Origin: an uncultured Litorilinea sp.
GTDB taxonomy: Bacteria > Chloroflexota > Anaerolineae > Caldilineales > Caldilineaceae
Direction: 5' to 3'
Length of the DNA stretch: 62,640 nt
Assembly (NCBI GenBank): GCA_964655505.1
Contig: CAZZNG010000002.1
Coordinates: 1-62,640, forward strand
Below, piece by piece: positions 46,137 to 54,996 of this stretch. The position numbers were made by a program, and so were the translations under genes. The number at the start of each line of letters is the position of its first letter. Positions within the stretch are counted from its first letter, which is position 1. The notes under the pieces were generated by a model, which searched no databases, was not told the DNA's origin, and saw only the letters and a list, made by a program, of their open reading frames with translations.

Positions 46137-46160
46137 GCGGGATCAATCTAGGTGTAGAGG

Positions 46161-47006
46161 TTAGCTGCGAATGCGGCGGCTCAAGCCGTCGCCCATGAGA
46201 TTGCCGCCGATGACAAAGAGCGCAATCGCCGCGCCGGGAAAAACCGCATTCCACCAGGCGATGCTCATAATGGCGCGCGCCTCGCTGACCATGCTGCCCC
46301 ATGCAGGGGTCGGCGGCTGGACACCCAAGCCCAGAAAGCTGAGTGCCGCTTCATTCAAGATCATGGCCGACATGTTGACCGTGGCGATGACCGCCAGCGG
46401 CGGCAGCACAGACGGGAAGAGATGCCGCCACAACAGCCGCGGCGTCTTGACGCCGACCGCGTGCGCGGCCAGGACAAACTCTTGCCCGCGCAGGGACAAG
46501 GTCGAGCCGCGCGCCACGCGCGCATATTGCACCCAACTGACTAAGCCCAAAACGACGATGAGATTGGTCAGGCTTTGGCCCATGGCCGCGATGATGGCGA
46601 TCGCCAAAAAGACGGGCGGGAAGGAGAGTTGAACATCCATCAGCCGCGTCAAGAAGCGATCCACCCAGCCGCCGAAGTAACCGGCGGCCACGCCTGCGAT
46701 CACGCCAATTGTGCCGCCGAGCAGCACGGAAAAGACGCCGACCGCGGTTGAGACGCGCGCGCCGTACATGAGCCGCGACAGCAGATCGCGGCCCAGCCGG
46801 TCGGTCCCCAGCGGATACGACCAGTCGCCTTTCTCCATCCACGCGGGCGGCAGCATGGCCTTGGTCAGATTTTGTTCGGCATAGTCGTGGGGACTCAGCC
46901 ACTCGGCGAAGATGGCAATGCCGACGACGAACAGGATAATCAGCAGGCCCACCCAAAACTGCGCGGGGCGGCGGCTGCGCGGGCGTTGACGCTCACTTAT
47001 GGTCAT
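46161..47006 (-). CDS. ABC transporter permease (DppC/OppC type)
   Basis: 281 aa, polytopic. EAA-loop region EFVLAAHAVGVKTPRLLWRHLFP. Confidence 0.9.
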   Translation of the reverse strand: MTISERQRPRSRRPAQFWVGLLIILFVVGIAIFAEWLSPHDYAEQNLTKAMLPPAWMEKGDWSYPLGTDRLGRDLLSRLMYGARVSTAVGVFSVLLGGTIGVIAGVAAGYFGGWVDRFLTRLMDVQLSFPPVFLAIAIIAAMGQSLTNLIVVLGLVSWVQYARVARGSTLSLRGQEFVLAAHAVGVKTPRLLWRHLFPSVLPPLAVIATVNMSAMILNEAALSFLGLGVQPPTPAWGSMVSEARAIMSIAWWNAVFPGAAIALFVIGGNLMGDGLSRRIRS

Positions 47007-47916
47007 AGCGGATACGTGGGTCTAGACGACTATAGAGCAGATCGACAGCAAAATTGATCACGACGAAGGCCAACCCGATCACCAGCACCACGGCGCGCAC
47101 CAGCGGCAAGTCGCGGTTCTGGATGCCTTGCAGCATGAGCCAGCCCACGCCAGGCCAGGCAAAGACCGATTCGACCACCACAGAGCCGCCCAACAGCCCG
47201 CCCAGTTGCAGGCCCAACACGGTCACGGTCGGGATCATGGTGTTGCGCAGCGCATGGCGATAGAGCACAAGCCGCTCGGTCAAACCCTTGGCGCGCGCCG
47301 TCCGCACATAGTCTTGGGCCATGATCTCGATCAACGTGGCGCGCACCAGGCGCGAGACAAGGCCGATGCTGTAGATCGAGAGGGTGAGGCCAGGCAGCAG
47401 GATATGCCGCCAGCTATCCGCCCCCGATGAAGGCAGCACACGCCATTTGTCGGCGAAGATCAGGATCAACATGATGCCGAGCCAGAAAGAGGGGATGCTG
47501 ATGCCGATAAAGGTCAGGATCGAGACGAACCAATCGACCACGCTGTTGGGGCGGCTTCCGGCCCACAGCCCCAGCGGAATCCCCAGGACGATGGTCAACG
47601 CCAGCGAAAAGAGCGCCAGCCGGATCGTCGCCGGGAGTTTATCCAGCACCATGCCCAGCGCGGGCTGGTTAAAGCGCATGGACTGGCCTAGATCGCCCTG
47701 CAGCGCCTTGACCAAAAAATCCCAATACTGCACGATCAACGGCTTGTCCAGCCCATAGAGCGCGCGGATGCGCTGGACATCGGCCTCGCTCGCGTCGAGC
47801 GGGGCCAGCAGCCGCACCGGGTCGCCGGAGAGATGGATGATCAAAAACACCAAAATGCTGACCGCTAGCAGCACCCAAAAAAGATGCTCCACACGGCGCA
47901 GGATGAAATCGGACAT
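46993..47916 (-). CDS. ABC transporter permease (DppB/OppB type)
   Basis: 307 aa. MSDFILRRV N-terminus and DYVRTARAKGL EAA-loop. 14-nt overlap with the downstream permease gene. Confidence 0.9.
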   Translation of the reverse strand: MSDFILRRVEHLFWVLLAVSILVFLIIHLSGDPVRLLAPLDASEADVQRIRALYGLDKPLIVQYWDFLVKALQGDLGQSMRFNQPALGMVLDKLPATIRLALFSLALTIVLGIPLGLWAGSRPNSVVDWFVSILTFIGISIPSFWLGIMLILIFADKWRVLPSSGADSWRHILLPGLTLSIYSIGLVSRLVRATLIEIMAQDYVRTARAKGLTERLVLYRHALRNTMIPTVTVLGLQLGGLLGGSVVVESVFAWPGVGWLMLQGIQNRDLPLVRAVVLVIGLAFVVINFAVDLLYSRLDPRIRYDHK

Positions 47917-47917
47917 A

Positions 47918-47945
47918 GGATTCGATGGGTCGGATTCGATGGGTC
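47918..47945. repeat. 14-bp tandem duplication abutting the permease start codon
   Basis: GGATTCGATGGGTC x2, immediately upstream of ATG 47916 on the minus strand. Confidence 0.7.
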
Positions 47946-47959
47946 GTTGCCAGGCTGAA

Positions 47960-48003
47960 CAGTGTGGCGGGCGTCAAAGGTCTTGATACTGCCCGCCACA
48001 CTG
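47960..48003 (-). promoter_or_regulatory. intercistronic 13-bp perfect stem-loop after the binding-protein gene
   Basis: CAGTGTGGCGGGC (47960-47972), 18-nt loop, GCCCGCCACACTG (47991-48003). Lies 12 nt downstream of the SBP stop on the minus strand. Confidence 0.6.
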
Positions 48004-48014
48004 CCGGCAGTTCG

Positions 48015-49643
48015 TTAAGCAGCTAGATGCAGATCGAGCAGGTGCAGCACCCCGTCCGGGTGCGGTTCCCACCCCTGCACTTCCTCACGCACACCAATCA
48101 GGCCCGCCGCGTTCCACAAGAACACCCACGGGCACTCCTCATAGAGGATGCGGCCCAGGCGCTTGTAGATCTCGTTGCGCTCGGCCTCGTCCATCACCGT
48201 GATGGCCTCGTCGATGAGTTGGCTGACCTCGTCGTTGGAATAGCCCTGCCAGGCCGCGCCTTCTTCAGCGGCATGGAAGTTGCCTCTGGCATCGGCGTCC
48301 AACGGCACGCTCAACTGTTGGAAGAAGAAGGCATCGTGGGTCTTGCCCAACACGGCTTCGACAAAGGGACTCCAATCCATCACTTGCACCGTCGTGCGGA
48401 TGCCAACCTCCGACCACATGCCCGCAATGGCCTCGCTCGCCAAGCGGTCATTGAGATAGCGGCCATTGGGCGAACTCAGCACCACGTCGAAGCCATCGGC
48501 ATAGCCTGCTTCGGCCAGCAGTTCACGGGCGCGATCCGGGTCATAGGGATATGGCTCCAACTCCGGGTCGTGGCCGGGCAGACCGGGGCCAAAGGGACCG
48601 GCCAAGGGAAAAGCGTTGCCCTGCATGATGGTGTTGATCAGCGTGTCCACGTCGGTGGCATAGTTGAGCGCCTGGCGCACGCGTACATCCTTGAACGCCT
48701 CAACCTTCAGTTCATTGGGCACCACAATTTGAGAGGCCAGGTTGCGATAAACGGCCAAGCGCGTGCCGGGGTCGGCTTCGACCTCCTCCGCCTGCACCGG
48801 GTCGACATTGGTAATAATATGGGCCTGACCGGTCTTGAGTTCGACGACGCGCGTCGTGCCCTCGGAGATAGGCCGCCACACCAACCGCTGCAAGCGCGGC
48901 TGCCCGCTGAAGTGGGGTTGCTCTGCGGCCTCCATCACCATGCGGTCGCCGGGCGTCCATTCGACAAAGCGATAGGGGCCGGAGCCAATGGCCTGCTGTG
49001 TGGGGTCAACTTCGCCGCTGGTAATGGCCGCGGGCAGGATCTCGCAGTATTCAGCCAGCACTTCAGCCAGCAGCGCAAACCGGCCATCGGTGATGATGCG
49101 CGCGGTCAGCGGATCGACCACTTCGACCTCGATCACCTTTTCCAACTGCCCAGCGTAGATATTCTTGACCGCCGGGTCTTTGAAGCGGGCAATGGAGTCG
49201 CGCACATGCTCGGCGCTGAACTTCTCGCCGTTGTGGAAATAGACCTCATCGCGCAGTTTGAATTCCCAGGTGGTATCGTCGATCACTTCCCAGGACTCGG
49301 CCAGCGCCCCGACCAGTTCCATGTCCACCGTGCGCGTCGTGAGCCGGTCGTACATGGCCCACATCATGCCCTTGGACGCGCCCGACGTGGTGACATGCGG
49401 GTCAAGCGACTCGGCATCGACCCCCTGCACAAGCACCAACTCGCCCACCGGGCCGCTGGGGCCTTCGCTCTCGCTGACTTCAACTGCCGGAGCCTCGCCG
49501 CTCGGTTGGCTGCCGGACTCCCCAGCCGGCGCACAGCCCCAGAGCAAGCCGCTGGCCGCGCCCACGCCAATCAGGCTCGAAAGCTGTAAAAATCGACGGC
49601 GGTTCAAACCCATTTGCGGTGCAGGTCGTTGTTCTTCTTCCAT
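48015..49643 (-). CDS. ABC transporter substrate-binding lipoprotein, family 5 (peptide/nickel type)
   Basis: 542 aa. Twin-arginine motif RRRFLQL plus lipobox LWGC. AGGAGG SD. Family-5 SBP length and pattern. Confidence 0.9.
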   Translation of the reverse strand: MEEEQRPAPQMGLNRRRFLQLSSLIGVGAASGLLWGCAPAGESGSQPSGEAPAVEVSESEGPSGPVGELVLVQGVDAESLDPHVTTSGASKGMMWAMYDRLTTRTVDMELVGALAESWEVIDDTTWEFKLRDEVYFHNGEKFSAEHVRDSIARFKDPAVKNIYAGQLEKVIEVEVVDPLTARIITDGRFALLAEVLAEYCEILPAAITSGEVDPTQQAIGSGPYRFVEWTPGDRMVMEAAEQPHFSGQPRLQRLVWRPISEGTTRVVELKTGQAHIITNVDPVQAEEVEADPGTRLAVYRNLASQIVVPNELKVEAFKDVRVRQALNYATDVDTLINTIMQGNAFPLAGPFGPGLPGHDPELEPYPYDPDRARELLAEAGYADGFDVVLSSPNGRYLNDRLASEAIAGMWSEVGIRTTVQVMDWSPFVEAVLGKTHDAFFFQQLSVPLDADARGNFHAAEEGAAWQGYSNDEVSQLIDEAITVMDEAERNEIYKRLGRILYEECPWVFLWNAAGLIGVREEVQGWEPHPDGVLHLLDLHLAA

Positions 49644-49768
49644 GAGTTCCTCCTAGTGTTCAATCGTTCACAAACTAAGACGCTGTATTTCCCGTCTGTT
49701 TCCTGTTGCAGTCGCGCGTTGGCAACGCGTAAAACCACATGTAAACCCTATTGAACGGGCCGGGTGCA

Positions 49769-50806
49769 TCACGATCCACGAAGCGAAGCCAGCGCGGGCA
49801 GCACGCGCGTGCCCAATAGCTGCATCCCGCTTTCAGGCGTCAACCCGTGGGGCGTGCCGAACTCGACGCGGCCCGCCCCCGCGGCGAAGAGTTCTTGGGC
49901 CTGCTGCGCGATCTCGTCGGGCGTGCCTGCCAGCGCGAAGCGGCGCAGCAGATCGTCGGAGATCAGCGCCGCGGCTGTGTCGAAATCATAGGCCGCCGCG
50001 GCCGCGCGAATACGCGCCAGCAGTTCAGGGTCGACGGTCAGGCTGGGGTCGAGTTCAGCCACCACGGGCAGATAGAGCGCGGCTTCGCGTCGCGCCCTGT
50101 CCCGCGCGGCCTTGCCATCCAGATCGACCACCGTCACCGCGCCGATGACCAGGCCGATTTCCGCGCCATCGCGGCCCTTGGCCGCGGCATCCACAATCCG
50201 CCGGTAATGGGGCAGTACATCTGGGTTGGCCGAGCCGCCGATCTTGATCTCGTTGAGCATATGGGCACACGCTTGGATCGTCTTGGTTCCCCAACTGCCC
50301 AGCAAAAAGGGAATTTCGCTGTTGGGAATTTCCCAGCGCAGTGCATCGCCCCCCGCGACAGGAAAGATCTCACCGGGATAGGGATCGGTCGAGCGGCGCA
50401 GCAGATGGCGTACCGCTTCGAAGGCTTCACGCAGCGCGGTGATGGCCCGTGACGGGCGCAACCCCACGTAGTCGAGCCAACTGCCGCGCGCAATGCCCAA
50501 GTAGGTACGCCCCGGGGCCATCTCTTCGATCAGCGCAATCTGCGCGGCGATGTTGATGGGGTGGCTCGTATAGGGGTTGACCGCGGCGGGGCCGATCCGC
50601 ACACGCTGCGTGGCGCGCGCGATCTCCAGCAAGGGCAGCCAGGCCGGTTGATAGAGCATGTCGTTGTAGACTGTGATCGCGTCGAAGCCGTAGGCCTCGG
50701 CGCGCTGCGCCAACGCGCCATAAGCGGTCAGCGGCTTATCCGTTTGAAATGCGATGGAGACAGCAGGTTGAGGCACAATACCTTCTCTAGATCGGCTTCT
50801 AGGCAC
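49769..50806 (-). CDS. LLM-class (luciferase-like) flavin/F420-dependent oxidoreductase
   Basis: 345 aa. TIM-barrel LLM pattern, resembling methylene-H4MPT-reductase-like proteins. Confidence 0.8.
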   Translation of the reverse strand: MPRSRSREGIVPQPAVSIAFQTDKPLTAYGALAQRAEAYGFDAITVYNDMLYQPAWLPLLEIARATQRVRIGPAAVNPYTSHPINIAAQIALIEEMAPGRTYLGIARGSWLDYVGLRPSRAITALREAFEAVRHLLRRSTDPYPGEIFPVAGGDALRWEIPNSEIPFLLGSWGTKTIQACAHMLNEIKIGGSANPDVLPHYRRIVDAAAKGRDGAEIGLVIGAVTVVDLDGKAARDRARREAALYLPVVAELDPSLTVDPELLARIRAAAAAYDFDTAAALISDDLLRRFALAGTPDEIAQQAQELFAAGAGRVEFGTPHGLTPESGMQLLGTRVLPALASLRGS

Positions 50807-51351
50807 TAAGTCGGCTTTTAGGCAGGTGGCAGTGGCTGGGCGACAAACATGCGCCTGGGCAATGGGCCATCCGGCCTATGGGATGCGGTGCAGCTTTCAT
50901 GCAGAACGTTGTTATTCTATCGGTCTCGCCGAGATTAGGCTGAACAATTTGGGTGGCTCGATCAGTTTGTGGGATTTGATCAACCGACGACCCAAATACG
51001 TCTCTGGGGGGAGTCGGACAGCAGCGCGGTCTCAGGCTGCCTGGAAGTGACACTATCTGGAAGCAACACGATGAAGTAGTCATCTACCGATCAACAAGCG
51101 GGTGGGCACAAGCCACTGGAGCGACTTGCACACATCCGCTGCACGCCCGCCATTATAGCTAGGGTCTGTTACATTCACAAGATTTTGGGTGGGCACAAGC
51201 TAACCATACGCCCGGACAAGCCTGGCCCGATGCAAGCAGATAGGCCAATCTGATTGCCGCCGCACAGCCTCTATGCTACGATAGACGCCCACTAGCAGCA
51301 GACACACCGGCAATACACCGACAACATATCAGGATCAAAGAAGAGCATTCC

Positions 51352-52395
51352 ATGCACCCGATTCAATTTGGCTTTTGTTTGCCCATCTTTGCCATGCCGG
51401 GCGCGCGCCTCTTTCGCACGCCCAACTATGCCCAACTGGACGCGGCCACGACCCTGCAGATGGGCTGCGCTGCCGAACAACTGGGCTATGACTCGCTGTG
51501 GGTGGCGGATCACCTGATGTTGGGCAAAGACGAGGCGATTCTCGAAGGCTGGACGGTCCTTTCCGCGCTGGCGGGCATGACGCAGCGGGCGCGGCTGGGC
51601 ATGATCCATCAGGCCCACTTCTTCCGCCATCCCGCGCTGGCGGCCAAGATGACCGCTACGCTCGACCAGATCAGCAATGGGCGCTTCATCTACTTCATCG
51701 ATGGCGGCTACGGCCAGCGCGAACACGCTTGCTACGGGCTGCCCTATCCGGCCACGATGGAAGAGCGCATGGACGATGTGGTCGACGGGCTAGAACTAAC
51801 CCTGGCGCTCTGGCAGGCGGAGCGCCCAACCGACCATCAGGGCAAGTATTACCAGGTGCAGGGCGCGGTCAATACGCCGCTGCCTGTGCAGCAGCCCCAC
51901 CCGCCTGTCTGGTTCGGCGAGGCGCACCCGGCCATTCTGGCTGCCTGCGCCCGCTACGGCCAAGGCTGGAACACCGTGCCGGTGGGCCTGGAGGAAGTCG
52001 CCCGCCGCATTGACTTGCTCGACCAAGCCTGTCGCGCGGTCGGGCGCAGCGCCGCGGACTTGGAAAAGAGCCTGGAGGTACAGATTCTGATCGCGCCCGA
52101 TGTGGCTGCGCTGCGCCGCACGCTGCAAGGCATGATTGACCTTGCGCCGGACGCGGCCCCGCTGCCCGCGGGCCTGGATGCGTTCCTCGCCGGGACGACA
52201 GATACCCTGCCGCCCAGCGTTGACGAGACTTGGATCGCGGGCACGCCCGACCAAGTGGCCGCCCGCGTGCAGGCCTACATCGACTTGGGGATCAACCACT
52301 TCCTCTTCTGGTTTATGGACGCGCCCGACCCCACCGGCCTTGAACTCTTTGCCAAAGAGGTCGCGCCGCGCTTCCATGAGAGCCGTAAAAAATAA
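51352..52395 (+). CDS. LLM-class flavin/F420-dependent oxidoreductase
   Basis: 347 aa. The segments DSLWVADHL, ILEGWTVLSALA and RFIYFIDGG are typical LLM motifs. Confidence 0.8.
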   Translation: MHPIQFGFCLPIFAMPGARLFRTPNYAQLDAATTLQMGCAAEQLGYDSLWVADHLMLGKDEAILEGWTVLSALAGMTQRARLGMIHQAHFFRHPALAAKMTATLDQISNGRFIYFIDGGYGQREHACYGLPYPATMEERMDDVVDGLELTLALWQAERPTDHQGKYYQVQGAVNTPLPVQQPHPPVWFGEAHPAILAACARYGQGWNTVPVGLEEVARRIDLLDQACRAVGRSAADLEKSLEVQILIAPDVAALRRTLQGMIDLAPDAAPLPAGLDAFLAGTTDTLPPSVDETWIAGTPDQVAARVQAYIDLGINHFLFWFMDAPDPTGLELFAKEVAPRFHESRKK

Positions 52396-52420
52396 AACAG
52401 GAACCTAAATCAAACAGCAC

Positions 52421-52774
52421 ATGAACAGCGACGAATTTGAACTATATGACCTTGACCTAGTGGTCGAGGCAATCGAGGGCAACTGCACCTGCAACATGGC
52501 TGTGGGCGATCGCGTCCATCTACGCAGCGGCAAGTTCTCGCTGGACGATGGGGCCGACTTCTGCCTCTACGCGCTGCAAGCGGCCATCCCGCTCCTGCCC
52601 GCCAAGCAGCGGCGCAGCCACCCCGCCGATTGGATGGAGACGGACACGCGCGTCACCTGCCCCGACCCGGCCTGCCGCCTGATCATGCGCATCGACCGCG
52701 TTGCCGCGCGCACGCTGCGCCACGACGATGTCAGCGCGCTCCCCTGGGACGAGGTGAACCCTACCGGCGAGTAG
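52421..52774 (+). CDS. small Cys-rich protein, TIGR04076-like
   Basis: 117 aa. CTCNMAVGD, FCLYALQAAIP and CPDPAC segments. The family assignment is from memory and unverified. Confidence 0.5.
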   Translation: MNSDEFELYDLDLVVEAIEGNCTCNMAVGDRVHLRSGKFSLDDGADFCLYALQAAIPLLPAKQRRSHPADWMETDTRVTCPDPACRLIMRIDRVAARTLRHDDVSALPWDEVNPTGE

Positions 52775-52877
52775 GCTAATCCCCGGCAGCACAGGCGCGG
52801 CGCGCACGCAATAAAAATTGCCGTTCACGTTATGGCAATTGTAGCCACAAGCGGCGGCATCGGGTACAATAACCGGC

Positions 52878-54062
52878 ATGAGTATGCTTGATTTAACTGC
52901 CGAAACCTTGACCAATTCGCCTGCGCTGCCTGCGCCTGCGCACCGGCCTGACCGCGCGGCCAAACACCAACGGCCGCCAAGCGAAATGACCGTTGTCGTC
53001 GCCATGAGCGGCGGCGTCGATAGCTCCTTGGCCGCGGCGCTCTTGGTCGAACAAGGGTATAACTGTATCGGGATCATGATGCGGCTGTGGGCCGAAACCA
53101 AGCCGGGTGAAGGCTCGACCAACAAGTGTTGCAGCCTGGAAAGCGTCCACGATGCGCGCAGGGTGGCCGACAGTCTCGGCATCCCCTTCTATTTGATCAA
53201 TGTGGAAGAGCCTTTCAAGCGCAATGTGGTCGACTTTTTCATCGAAGGCTACAGTGCAGGCTTGACGCCCAATCCCTGCCTCGCCTGCAACCGTCACATC
53301 CGCTTTGATTACCTGCTCAACTATGCGCGGCGGCTCGGCGCGGACTACCTGGCGACGGGCCACTATGCGCGCCTGCGCCGCCAGCCGGATGGCACGACAC
53401 ACCTGCTGCAAGCGGTCGATCCGCACAAGGATCAAAGCTACGTGTTGAGCGTCATGGGCCAGGATGAATTGACCGCTGTGATCTTCCCCATCGGCGACTA
53501 TCCCAAGCCGGAAGTGCGGCGCATGGCCGCGGCGCGGGGCTTGCCCACCGCAAGCAAGCACGATTCAATGGATCTCTGCTTCATCGCGGATGATGATTAC
53601 CGCCGCTTCTTGCAAGATTGGGCGGCAGAGGCCATGCAGCCGGGGCCGATCCTCGACCGGCAGGGCCGCGTCTGGGGCGAGCATCACGGCTTGCCCAATT
53701 ACACCATCGGCCAGCGCAAGGGGCTGGGCATCAGCGGCACGCCTGAACCGTACTTTGTGCTGGAGCTTGACCGGGCACGCAACGCCTTGATCGTGGGGAC
53801 CGCGGCGGAATTGGGCCGCGACCGGCTGATCGCCACCCATGTCAACTGGACGCTGGGCGCGCCCGTCGCGGCGGGCACAGCGGCAACGTGCAAGATTCGC
53901 TATCGCGCCGAACCCGTGGCCTGCACGCTCTATCCGCAGGCCGATCACGCGGGCAGCCGCGTCGAAGTGCGCTTTGCCTCGCCCCTGCGCGACATTACGC
54001 CCGGCCAGGGTGCAGTCTTTTATCAGGGCGACCTGTGCTTAGGAGGCGGCATCATCGCCTAA
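52878..54062 (+). CDS. mnmA: tRNA 2-thiouridine(34) synthase MnmA
   Basis: 394 aa. PP-loop [10 protein letters not shown], catalytic-Cys regions NKCCS and NPCLACN. An alternative start at ATG 52986 would give the usual short N-terminus. Confidence 0.9.
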   Translation: MSMLDLTAETLTNSPALPAPAHRPDRAAKHQRPPSEMTVVVAMSGGVDSSLAAALLVEQGYNCIGIMMRLWAETKPGEGSTNKCCSLESVHDARRVADSLGIPFYLINVEEPFKRNVVDFFIEGYSAGLTPNPCLACNRHIRFDYLLNYARRLGADYLATGHYARLRRQPDGTTHLLQAVDPHKDQSYVLSVMGQDELTAVIFPIGDYPKPEVRRMAAARGLPTASKHDSMDLCFIADDDYRRFLQDWAAEAMQPGPILDRQGRVWGEHHGLPNYTIGQRKGLGISGTPEPYFVLELDRARNALIVGTAAELGRDRLIATHVNWTLGAPVAAGTAATCKIRYRAEPVACTLYPQADHAGSRVEVRFASPLRDITPGQGAVFYQGDLCLGGGIIA

Positions 54063-54340
54063 TGCTTGCGCTTGTCCCGCCCGCTCTACTGCTCAGCGTG
54101 CTGATCAGTGTGGCCTATGCCGCGCTGCTGCACCTGTGGAAAGGACGCACGCTGCGCGATCTCCTGCTCTATCTGATTGCGTCCGCGGGCGGTTTTGCCG
54201 TGGGGCAGTTGTTGGGGCTGCTGTTGCAGATCCCGCTGCCGCGCATTGGCCAGATCCACATTGTGGAGGCGACGCTCTTCGCCTGGATCGCGCTGATTGG
54301 CGTGCGCGAGCTGACCGTCGCCCGCCGCGCCAATCCGTAG
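54062..54340 (+). CDS. small membrane protein
   Basis: 92 aa from ATG 54062 (TAATG overlap with the mnmA stop). Three predicted hydrophobic helices. The upstream part of ORF 53888-54340 overlaps mnmA and is discarded. Confidence 0.5.
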   Translation: MLALVPPALLLSVLISVAYAALLHLWKGRTLRDLLLYLIASAGGFAVGQLLGLLLQIPLPRIGQIHIVEATLFAWIALIGVRELTVARRANP

Positions 54341-54391
54341 CAGCCGCGCCCCGCGATATCCTTCGAGAGCTTTCGGGGGCCGAAAGTCAAA

Positions 54392-54424
54392 CTTCCCGCC
54401 AGTTCCGGAATTGGCAGGAAGATC
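54392..54424. repeat. possible degenerate REP-like element
   Basis: CTTCCCGCCAGTTCCGGAATTGGCAGGAAGATC. Imperfect arms (9/10) and the shared GGAAGATC end. Confidence 0.35.
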
Positions 54425-54445
54425 GAGTGTGATTGATTCGACTGT

Positions 54446-54877
54446 TTGGAGCAGCCTGTGTTATCCGCCACCATTCGTGACATCGCCATCATCATCATCG
54501 CCGTTCAAAGCATCATTATCGGTCTCTTGATTGGCGTGCTGATCTGGCAGATTTGGCGGCTCGTCAAGATCCTCCAGACGGAGATCAAGCCGATCATCGA
54601 CGACACGCAAGCAACCGTCAAAACGGTGCGCGGGACGGCGACCTTCGTCAGCGACACCGTAGTAGAGCCGGTCATCCGCACCAACCGCTCGGTTGCACGC
54701 TGGCGGGGGATGGCGTCGGCCCTGAGCAGTGAATTTAGCAACTTCCGGCGCAGCACGCGCCGTCGCCCGCCGACACCCCCTGCAGCGCCGCCTGACGCCC
54801 AACCGGGCACACCGCCCGGCCCGCAGCCGCCGCGCCCGCCATCCGGCCCCACGCCCCCTTCCTCCTCAGCCTCTTAA
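54446..54877 (+). CDS. membrane-anchored protein with Pro-rich C-terminal tail (DUF948-like)
   Basis: 143 aa. N-terminal TM helix, coiled segment, then a PPTPPAAPPDAQPGTPPGPQPPRPPSGPTPP tail. GTG at 54458, with GGAG 6 nt upstream, is a plausible true start. Confidence 0.55.
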   Translation: MEQPVLSATIRDIAIIIIAVQSIIIGLLIGVLIWQIWRLVKILQTEIKPIIDDTQATVKTVRGTATFVSDTVVEPVIRTNRSVARWRGMASALSSEFSNFRRSTRRRPPTPPAAPPDAQPGTPPGPQPPRPPSGPTPPSSSAS

Positions 54878-54903
54878 CCGGCGGGGGATCAGAGTTAATC
54901 TTG

Positions 54904-54996
54904 GCGGAAGCTGCGAGCTTCATGCCCATCTCGCGAGCAGATGGGCATTGAGCAACATTCCATCTCGCGAGCAGATGGGCGTAGCTTCCGGGCAGG
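54904..54996. repeat. REP-like element, composite with duplicated inner hairpin
   Basis: GCGGAAGCTGCGAGCTTCATGCCCATCTCGCGAGCAGATGGGCATTGAGCAACATTCCATCTCGCGAGCAGATGGGCGTAGCTTCCGGGCAGG. The CCATCT-CGCGAGC-AGATGGGC hairpin occurs twice. Abuts the recF stop. Confidence 0.75.

Noticed and set aside
44699-46198. 499-aa plus-strand ORF
   Set aside because: Antisense to the amidohydrolase gene, running on into the intergenic gap. No motifs.
48027-49589. 520-aa plus-strand ORF
   Set aside because: Antisense to the family-5 substrate-binding protein gene.
52816-52840. AATTGCC-N11-GGCAATT hairpin after the TIGR04076-like gene, considered as a terminator
   Set aside because: It has only a 7-bp A/T-rich stem and no T-tract, so it is too weak to call.
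53888-54061. Upstream part of ORF 53888-54340
   Set aside because: It overlaps the 3' end of mnmA in another frame with an Arg-rich translation. Only the hydrophobic part from ATG 54062 was kept.
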